NCBI GenBank assembly: GCA_951406725.2
Contig: OX597825.1
Location: 82,274,001-82,338,000, forward strand
Direction of reading: 5' to 3'
Length of the DNA stretch: 64,000 nt
Source of the DNA: Octopus vulgaris
Lineage: Eukaryota
The first letter of the stretch is position 1. Every line of letters begins with the position of its first letter. Shown here piece by piece: positions 54,729 to 64,000 of the stretch. The translations under genes and the position numbers were made by a program. A model generated the notes under the pieces. That model saw only the letters and a list, made by a program, of their open reading frames with translations. It was not told the DNA's origin and did not search any database.

Positions 54729-55351
54729 GGTACTACGAAAGAACATGTATCTCTTCCATCAATATGCACTATTTAAACACGATAGATCAGTAATTAGAGT
54801 CAATCGGGTGTCAAGTCAACTCCTTGCTATGATACAATGCTAAGAAAATACTTGTCCAAGGTGCTGTGCAGTGGGACTGAATCACTTTATAAGCGTTCGA
54901 ATCGAAGCGCAACCGTCAGTCTGAACACGCTGTCCACTGCATTTTAGCAGAACCAATGCAGAACCAATACTTCTTTTAGACCAGACATTCATGTCTGTCT
55001 ATCTAATTAAGGTGGCTATGTGGTTAAGAAGATAGCCTCCCAGCCATGTGGTCTAGGGTTCATTCCTACAGCACAACTACTTGGGTAAGTGTCTTCTACT
55101 ATACCACTGGGCCGACCAATGCTTTGTCAGTTTGGTCGTCGGAAACTGAAAGAATCCCGTCGTGTATGTATATATCTGCATTACGTGTATGTGTCCATGT
55201 GTATTTGTCTCACACCACCGCGTAACAACCGGTATTGGTGTGTTTACAACCCTGTAAACCCCCTCAAAGTGATGCCCCAGCGTGACCGCAACCCAAAATA
55301 AATAAAAGCTTAAGAAGCGAAAGATTACCGGCCGAAATATAAAATATCTAT

Positions 55352-55750
55352 TGGAGTGACTGTGTGGTAAGTAGCTTGCTTACCAACCACATGGTCCTGG
55401 GTTCAGTCCCACTGCGTGGCACATTGGGCAAGTGTCTTCTAATATAGCCTCGGCCTGACCAAAGCCTTGTGAGTGGATTTGGTAGATGGAAACTGAAAGA
55501 AGCCCATTGTATATATGTATATATATGTATATGTATGTGTGTGTATATGTTTGTGTGTCTGTGTTTGTTTCCCCAACATTGCTTGACAACCGATGGGGGT
55601 GTGTTTACGTCCCTGTATCAGCGGTTCGGTAAAAGAAGACCGATAGAATAAGTACTAGGCTTACAAAGAATAAGTTCTGGGGTCGATTTGCTCGACTAAA
55701 GGCGGTGCTCTAGCATGGCCACAATCAAATAACTGAAACAACTAAGAGAA
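55352..55750 (+). mobile_element. Full-length SINE family B
   Basis: Match to the family B consensus. Confidence 0.9.
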
Positions 55751-56049
55751 TAAAAAAAAAGAGAATACGTTAATTGGGCACAAACTACCCTAATTTTAGA
55801 CAAATGAATGTTCTTAAAAAGGAACCGCCAAAAAAATAGGGCAGAAAAACCCAGCGAGGCTTATGAAAGATAATCACCGACTAATTTCCAACAGATGCAG
55901 TGGAATTGTTTAAGATCCGGGTCGTAGATGTACGCTGAGAGTTCAGAGCAGACAATGCTATTAAAAATAAATGAAAAATGAATGCAGCGGATTCTTGTAG
56001 TTGAGGGTGAGGAAGTGGCGAAGGCTCATAAATGACTAAGCTGACTGTT

Positions 56050-56356
56050 CTTATTTCTTTATTGGCCACAAGGGGCTACACATAGAGGGGAAAAACAAGG
56101 ACAGAAAAGGGGATTAAGTCGATTACATCGACCCCAGTGCGTAACTGGTACTTAATTTATCGACCCCGAAAGGATGAAAGGCAAAGTCGACATCGGAGGA
56201 ATTTGAACTCAGAACGTAACGGCAGACGAAATACATTTTTCTTTACTACCCACAAGGCAAAGTCGACCTCGGCGGAATTTGAACTCCGAACGTAACAGCA
56301 GACGAAATAGCGCTAAGCATTTCGCACGGCGTACTAACGTTTCTGCCAGCTCGCCA
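56050..56356 (-). mobile_element. SINE family A with internal tandem duplication or nesting
   Basis: Consensus match with a junction at ~56235. Confidence 0.85.
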
Positions 56357-56401
56357 CTAAATTGATTGTTCTACAATACAAGTGTGTTAGTGGATGTGTC
56401 A

Positions 56402-56612
56402 GTGGAGGTGTAATGGCCCAGTGGTTAAGGCAGTGGACTCGCGGTCGTAGGATCGCGGTTTCGATTCCCTGACCGAGCGTTGTCAGTATTTATTGAGCGA
56501 AAATACCTAAAGCTCTACGAGGCTCCAGCAGGGGGTGGTGGAAATCCCTGCTCTACTCTTTCTCTCACTCTTTCTTCCTGTTTCTGTTGCACCTGTTTCT
56601 GTTGTATTTCAA
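56402..56612 (+). mobile_element. SINE family C, 3'-truncated
   Basis: Match to 41190-41405. Confidence 0.85.
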
Positions 56613-56615
56613 AGT

Positions 56616-56930
56616 TGGCGGCATATTTCTCCACATCGAACAAATGATGTACCGTTCGCGGCGGCGCTGGAGAGAGTAGAGTTTCAAGGCTTTAAGGCGG
56701 TCCCGATAATCGAGAGCAGTCATGCCTTCAATTCGTTTAGTGCCCTCGAGATTCAATCCTCTGGGGTGATTCGAATGGCCGTCAAAGGAGGAGAAAGTGG
56801 TATGATGACACCTTGTTCTCTGGACCGGAAGGTTCTTAAGATCCAGAAGCTCATCCTACGAGCTATATCGACCTTATTGTTGATGTGGGCACACCAACTG
56901 AGATTGTCATCAACAATTACGCCCATATAT
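56616..56930 (-). mobile_element. CR1/L2-group LINE RT C-terminal relic with internal deletion
   Basis: [38 protein letters not shown] and TKRIEGMTALDYRDRLKALKLYSLQRRRER. Confidence 0.85.
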
Positions 56931-56962
56931 ATATAGTTTAGGTCATGAGGGAGCTTAAGTAC

Positions 56963-57068
<106 letters not shown>

Positions 57069-57081
57069 CATACACATACAC

Positions 57082-57115
<34 letters not shown>

Positions 57116-57138
57116 ATGTATATATATATATATGTGTA

Positions 57139-57367
57139 GGGGCGGCGAGCTGGGAGAGTCGTTAGCACGCCGAGCGAAATGCTTAGGGTATTTCGTCTGT
57201 CGTTACGTTCTGAGTTCAAATTCCGCCGAGGTCGACTTTGCCTTTCATTCTCTCGGGGTCGATAAATAAAGTACCACTTTCGCACTGGGGTCGATGTAAT
57301 CGACTTAATCCCTTTGTCTGTCCTTGTTTGTCCCCTCTATGTTTAGCCCCTTGTGGATAGTAAAGAA

Positions 57368-57404
<37 letters not shown>

Positions 57405-57733
57405 GGCGCAGGAGTGGCTGTGTGGTAAGTAGCTTGCTTACCAACCACATCTTGGGCAAGTGTCTTCTGCTATAGCCCCGGGACGACCAATGTCTTGTGA
57501 GTGGATTTGGTAGACGGAAACTGAAAGAAGCCTGTCGTATATATGTATATATATGTATATATATGTATGTGTATGTGTTTGTGTGTCTGTGTTTGTCTCC
57601 CTAGCATTGCTTGGCAACCGATGCTGGTGTGTTTACGTCCCCGTCACTTAGCGGTTCGGCAAAAGAGACCGATAGAATAAGTACTGGGCATACAAAGAAT
57701 AAGTCCGGAGTCGATTTGCTCGACTAAAGGCGG

Positions 57734-57735
<2 letters not shown>
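57139..57735 (+). mobile_element. SINE A (57139-57370) followed by SINE B (57403-57735)
   Basis: Consensus matches; both are embedded in TA-rich microsatellite. Confidence 0.9.
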
Positions 57736-57800
<65 letters not shown>

Positions 57801-58416
57801 GTATGTATGCTCCCTCATGACCTTAAACTAGCCAGAGATGAATAAATAAGTAAATAAATGAATAAATAAAAATTTTCATGCAATTCCATTCTGCAGAAGA
57901 TTCTATAAATTTTGAATTTGAGGTGGAATTAAAAATATCTTTTTTTTGTCTTTTTTAACGAACTCAACCGCCTGTGTTCCAGTTACCCATTTACCAAAAG
58001 TCTAAAACTATGCTGACATCTTTGAATTGTCTTCTCTGTAATTTCATTATTATTTCTGTTAATAACACTTCCATCGCACCAATGTTTATGATGAAATAAA
58101 ATAAAATAAATTGTCTTTGTTTAATTCTCTGGTACATTTTTGCTATATTCTTTTTCTTTAATTTATGCAGGTTTTACATCTATTCATACATATAATTATG
58201 TGTAGAAATATATACACACATTCACACTCACACATGCAAGTGCGCACATGCACACACACACATACACACGCACTCTCATACTTTTATATTACTGTACATA
58301 TTTAGCTGTGTACTGCCTATATATGGATATTATGGACTGCTAACACATTTCATAATGTGTGTATGTGTTCCTGTGAATATTAGCGTATAGTATTATATAT
58401 ATATATATATATATGA

Positions 58417-58738
58417 TGGAAGCACTCCGTCGGTTACGACGATGAGGGTTCCGGTTGATCCGAATCAACGGAATAGCCTTCTCGTGAAATTAACGTGTAA
58501 GTGGCTGAGCACTCCACAGACACGTGCACCCTTAACGTAGTTCTCGGGGATATTCAGCGTGACACAGAGAGTGACAAGGCCGGCCCTTTGAAATACAGGT
58601 ACAACAGAAACAGGAAGTAAGAGTGAGAGAAAGTTGTGGTGAAAGAGTACAGCAGGGATCACCACCATCCTCTGCCGGAGCCTCGTGGAGCTTTTAGGTG
58701 TTTTCGCTCAATAAACACTCACAACGCCCGGTCTGGGA
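58417..58738 (-). mobile_element. SINE family C, 5'-truncated
   Basis: Near-identical to 41255-41572. Confidence 0.9.
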
Positions 58739-59009
58739 TATATATATATGTATGTATACATATATACGAACATATATATATACGTGTGTGTGTATAAATA
58801 CATATATATGGATATTTTTTTAAAGTTTCAGCTCAGAGCTGCGGCCATGCTGATGCCCCGCCGTTTTGCGCTACACTGTTATTACTAAGAGCCTCCTCTA
58901 ATATGTGGCACTTGATGAAGAATGGAGTTTGATATAGCTACCCTCATTTGCACCTCTTGCCGTGAGGTAGGCTCATCTGGGACTCTCGACAGGAAGAGGT
59001 TCAGCTTTA

Positions 59010-59058
59010 TATCTACTTATATCTACTTATATCTACTTATATCTACTTATATCTACTT
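59010..59058. repeat. 10-bp tandem repeat (ATCTACTTAT) x ~5
   Basis: Read directly from the sequence. Confidence 0.95.
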
Positions 59059-59164
59059 TGTGCAAGTTCCTAAGACTCTTTGGGAGAATATTAAAAAGCT
59101 GTGGTCCCTTGAAACCATGGCTGTTGCAGTAACTGGTCCTGAAGCGTGATGGCATTGCTGGGAT

Positions 59165-59395
59165 CTTTGACACTATGCAGTGTCGTCTGCTCAACATTTT
59201 CTGTCATGGTCAATGCGACGATCACACGCTACACACCTTCCTTCCTAGTATTGCTGTAAACAGCGGAAGTGAAGTAGAATGTTAAAACGTGTATATGCAC
59301 AGCAAAGTTGAAAGGTCAATCTGTGCCAAGTGGCTTCACTCTGCATGCTTTGTTACTATGGCAACAGTCCGGATACTTATTGATCAGACCACGTA
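59165..59395 (-). mobile_element. mariner 5' end (TIR, UTR and start of the transposase)
   Basis: Reverse complement begins TACGTGGTCTGATCAATAAGTATCCGGACTG and later reads ATG ACA GAA AAT GTT GAG CAG (MTENVEQ). Confidence 0.6.
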
Positions 59396-59476
59396 CATAT
59401 GTATGTATGTATGTATGTGTATAAATTCACATGTATTAATATTTGTAGGCATCACTTGAAGAGACAGTATGTGTAC

Positions 59477-59532
<56 letters not shown>

Positions 59533-60149
59533 AAGAGAGAGAGAGAGAGAGAGAGGGAATAATAAACAGAAGGAGAGAGAGAAAGAAACACAGAGAGGGA
59601 GAGAAAAAAGCCAGAGAGGAAACTGATTAAAGGGAAGCGGACATGCTTTAAGGAATTTAATTTGACGCCTCACATTTCTATGTTTAATGTTCCTCGGAGG
59701 CTTATTTCGTTCTTACCCCTACCTACTCGCGTCATGCCCTATAACATATTTGAAGTTATTTTTCTGTCTCCGATAAAATATCCCCGTCGAATTTGACTTC
59801 GTGTCTAATCCGCCCTTTCTCTTTCTCCCTCTCTCTCTTCCCCCTCTCTCTCCCGCTCCCTCTTTACATATAATAAATATATATATATATATACACACAT
59901 ATTCATAATGCATTATATATATATACTTATACATCCATACATCCATGCACACATATATGTGTGTGTGTGTATATACATATTACACACTCAAGCACAGACT
60001 ACATACATAGACACACACGTTATCTCTGTTATCTGCGAATTGTGCATATCGCCAAACATACTAGAAACCCATATAAGTGTGTATGTATGTGTGTGTGTTT
60101 GCACACGCGTGTGTGTGTAAATACATATATGGATACACATAAATGTATG

Positions 60150-60184
<35 letters not shown>

Positions 60185-60190
60185 GTCTAT

Positions 60191-60234
<44 letters not shown>

Positions 60235-61004
60235 TTATGTATTTTCCACCCCTTTTAATATAAAATATTTTGTTAATTACAGACATTGGTAAATAATTGC
60301 CAGAAAAGCAGGTTTTCTTTTCTCGTTGTCTTTGAGAACATCTGTTTTCAATTGCTTTGTTCTCTTCTTGCCTGGTTTTAAAGAATTACAGTTACATCTC
60401 AGCTGTAACCTTTTTGAAAAAAAACAACTTTTGTTTTATACTCCGAGGTTACTGGACAAACAATAGACTCTTTGTTGCAAAGGCTTAATCGTTGTTATCA
60501 TGAAGAGGGCAACGAACGGGAAGAATAATTGACACATCGGAAAAAAAAAACATGTTTGCAGTTATTGCATTCTGTCCTTTACATTCTGAGTTCAAAACTT
60601 TCAAAGGGCAACTTTTCCTGTCATCGTTTCAGGGTCGATGAAATACAGTTCCTGTTAAATTCTGGTGTTTATGTGCTCGACTCAAATCCTCTGCTACAAT
60701 TGTTGGCCTCGCGCCACAATTGTAAATAATAAAAAGCTAAGCTGGCAGAATCGTTAGCACACAGGACAAAATTCTTAGTGGCAGTTCTGAGTTCAAATTC
60801 TACCAAGGTTTACTATCTTTGTTTCTATACGGGTTGATAAAATAAGTACCAGTTGAGCACAGGGGTCGATGTAATCGACTACGCCTTCCCACCAAATTTT
60901 AGAAAGAATTATTACTATTACATTGAGAGAATAGCATATCTCTATGTTCTGAGTTCGAATGCCATCAGCAAAAAATTGAAATTAAATCGTTTGGGGACTG
61001 ATAT

Positions 61005-61200
61005 ATTTTTCTTCACTGCCCTCAAGGGGTTAAACATAGAGGGGACAAACAAGAACAGAAACTGGTACTTTATTTATCGACCCCGAAACGATGAAAGGCA
61101 AAGTCGACCTCGGCGGAATTTGAACTCAGAACGTAACGGCAGACGAAATACGGCTACGCATTTCGCCCGGCGTGCTAACGTTTCTGCCAGCTCGTCGCCT
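61005..61200 (-). mobile_element. SINE family A (internally deleted tail)
   Basis: Match to the window consensus. Confidence 0.85.
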
Positions 61201-61702
61201 TTTGTTTCTACGGCCATCAAATGTCGACAAACGATCGTTATTGTTTTTTTTTGCTCTTTTTTTTTTGGACAAGCACTATGTACAAAAATAAAGAATTTTA
61301 TTGGAAGGTGACAAGATGGTTTCCTGATATATCCCTTCTTGCTATTTTCTATTTTATGTCGCCCCTCCTTGTTCCGTAGATATAGATAAGTTCACCACAT
61401 GTCAGGGGCTACAAAATGTAATGTAGCTGAATAAATACCGCAAGACATTTAGTTAATTGTAATCACTGGTAAAGGTTCGATGGTACATTTTTTTTTATCA
61501 ACACCAAAAGAAGTTGACTTCAACGTATTTTGAAATAGTTATTTCTAATCTCGGAACAAGTCCAATCATTCTGAGAGATGAGATAAGTCAATTACATCAT
61601 CATCTTTATTTCATTGCTACATTATATTGTTTACTTTATCGAACCTTGAAAAATGAACGGTAAAAACTTGACAAACTTGTTGATCTTGTGCCAAAATTTA
61701 AA

Positions 61703-61784
<82 letters not shown>

Positions 61785-61786
<2 letters not shown>

Positions 61787-62190
61787 GTTTGACTTTTGCT
61801 TTACATTTGTACAAGTTGGCTCCAAGTCTCACCCAGAGACCTCAACAGACAACAGGTTGGGAGTTCGTGATGTTGCTATGCTTAGGATGCCATATATTTG
61901 GCTTTGTACATAGTGTTGTACAAGTGAATGTCTAAAAAAACAATACGAAAATTATGTTTGTTTTAAAACTTGAGATTACAAAGAAAGTATTTTGTGTAGG
62001 ATATGAGCAGTTCCCATGAGCACTATCTTTTGAATTTCTGCCACTTCCTGGTATCTGACTTAGGTAGCAAACAGCCCATTTTGCTATCATTCCCAGGGCA
62101 CCTATGACAACAGGTATTGTTTTTGTTTTCAGGTTCCATATTTTGCTGATTTCTATTTCAAGATCTTTATATTTGCTCAGTTTTTGGTAG
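61785..62190 (-). mobile_element. Dong/R4-type 3' fragment between (ATT)n arrays
   Basis: Homologous to 19770-20096 (KLSKYKDLEIEISKIWNLKTKTIPVVIGALGMIA). Confidence 0.8.
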
Positions 62191-62204
62191 GGTTATTATT
62201 ATTA

Positions 62205-62292
<88 letters not shown>

Positions 62293-62304
62293 CATCATCA
62301 TCAT

Positions 62305-62923
62305 TTGTTTGGATTTTGTACAAGTTGACTCCAAATCTCACCCAAAGACCTCGAGAGGCAACAAGTTAAGAGTTCAGGTTGATGTTATGACTAAGCTGCC
62401 ATAGTTTTGGTTTTGCAAACAGTATCGTAGTAGAGAATCCCTGTCAAGACATAACAAAATTAGAAGCTTGTTTTAAAAGTAATTTGATGATAAGATGATA
62501 GTGTGATGTTAAGATGACAGTAAAATGTATTTGCTAAAAGCATTTTGTTACTGTTTACAGATTAAAATGTTTTTAGGATTACATAGACAATATTTTTTCT
62601 TAGGATATGAGTAGTTCCCATGGGCACTAGCATTTGATTTTCTTCCATTTCTGAATTTCCTGATATCAGACATAGAGAACAATCAGCTCCTTTTGCTATC
62701 ATTCCTAGAGTACCTATGACAACAGGTATTGTTTTAGTCTTGAGGTTCCACATTTTTCTAATTTCTATTTCAAGATCTTTATAATTGCTCAGTTTTTGGT
62801 TGGTCTTGACAGATCCATTTATGTCCATTGGGACAGTCATATCGATGAGGAGGCATGGTTTTTGTCTGAAATCCTTCACTATATTGATTGGCTTAGTTGC
62901 ATCTATCCTTCTGTGAGTTTGAA

Positions 62924-62925
<2 letters not shown>
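62305..62925 (-). mobile_element. Dong/R4-type LINE 3' fragment with restriction-like endonuclease domain
   Basis: ORF 62562-62879 reads CLLIDMTVPMDINGSVKTNQKLSNYKDLEIEIRKMWNLKTKTIPVVIGTLG; (ATT)n lies on both flanks. Confidence 0.83.
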
Positions 62926-62981
<56 letters not shown>

Positions 62982-62999
62982 ATTATTATTATTATTATA

Positions 63000-63084
<85 letters not shown>

Positions 63085-63483
63085 GCATCTTCTTTCAGTT
63101 CTGTTTCTATTTCCTACCGAATGTATTCCTGACACCTAGGGCAGAGAAATGTACTGTATACATTGGTAGGCCATTTAAACAAGCTCACTATGAAAAAGGG
63201 GAAGACTGTGTATTTCGTCCGTCGCTATGACCTGCCGAGGTCGACTTTACCTTTCATTCTTTCAGGGTCGGTTAATTAAGTACCAGTTACATACTGGAGT
63301 CGATGTAATCGACTATCCCTCTCCCCAAAATTTCAGGCCTTGTGCCTATAGTAGAAGGGATTATTAAATGTTATATAGCCAATAGTTTTCGATTCGTTCT
63401 TGTTACGAACGAGAGTAAAAAATTATACACACTCTTCGTTTTTTTTAACGTATTTACACAAAAGCAGAGTATAAACAAGTACA

Positions 63484-63780
63484 TAATGTTTCTACATAGC
63501 CTCCTTCCTTTTCGATGCACTTGGTCCAACGGTCGACAAGCTTGCGTATTCCCTCCAAGGAGAAGGTTTGCAGTTGGCCATGCTGCCATTTATGCACCGC
63601 TTCCTTCACACCTTTATCCGTAGGATGTGGACGACCTCGTAAACCATCTTTGATCGGTCCAAAGATATGATAATCGAAAAGGGCGAGATCTGGACTGTAG
63701 GTAGGGTGTTACAGTACCTCAGAACCCAAATGGTTATTGATTCCGACGGTCTGGGTGGTCGTGTGTGGGCGTGCATTGTC
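63484..63780 (-). pseudogene. mariner transposase C-terminal relic (different subfamily from 19209-19760)
   Basis: DNARPHT...VL*HPTYSPDLALFDYHIFGPIKDGLRG...EGIRKLVDRWTKCIEKEGGYVE, with an in-frame stop. Confidence 0.9.
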
Positions 63781-63937
63781 AGGAGTAGCTGTGTGGTAAG
63801 TAGCTTGCTTACGAACCACATGGCTCCGGGTTCAGTCCCACTGTGTGGCACCTTGGGCAAGTGTCTTCAGCTATAGCCTCGGGCCGACCAACGCCTTGTG
63901 AGTGGATTTGGTAGACGGAGACTGAAAGAAGCCCGTC

Positions 63938-63940
<3 letters not shown>
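63781..63940 (+). mobile_element. SINE family B 5' half (runs into microsatellite at the window end)
   Basis: Match to the family B consensus. Confidence 0.88.
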
Positions 63941-63991
<51 letters not shown>

Positions 63992-64000
63992 GTGTGTGTA

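Noticed and set aside
59352-59365. RFX X-box-like palindrome GTTACTATGGCAAC
   Set aside because: It lies directly inside the mariner terminal region, so it is not evidence of a host promoter.

Overview
This is AT-rich, repeat-saturated eukaryotic non-coding DNA, either intronic or intergenic. The tRNA-derived SINE families match my recollection of Octopus (coleoid cephalopod) repeats; that assignment is an inference, not a database hit. I see no intact protein-coding gene, rRNA, true tRNA or CRISPR array, and almost every ORF in the supplied track is a microsatellite or SINE artefact. The window contains very dense microsatellites, more than 40 copies or fragments of four SINE families, mariner transposase relics and MITEs, two non-autonomous Helitron-like elements, and LINE relics (Dong/R4-type endonuclease ends stacked in ATT arrays, RTE, CR1/L2, possible L1/Tx1). 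The strongest unexplained signal is a set of about 9 type-I hammerhead-ribozyme folds from about 6 unrelated short elements sitting in or beside (TA)n tracts. One is fully canonical (43478-43539); others are minimal Penelope-type folds or carry unusual core substitutions. Also notable are a GC-rich 30/60-bp repeat with codon-like wobble (38590-39300), a pre-miRNA-like hairpin (40725-40788), apparent target-site preference and self-insertion of SINE family A, and closely spaced inverted SINE pairs.
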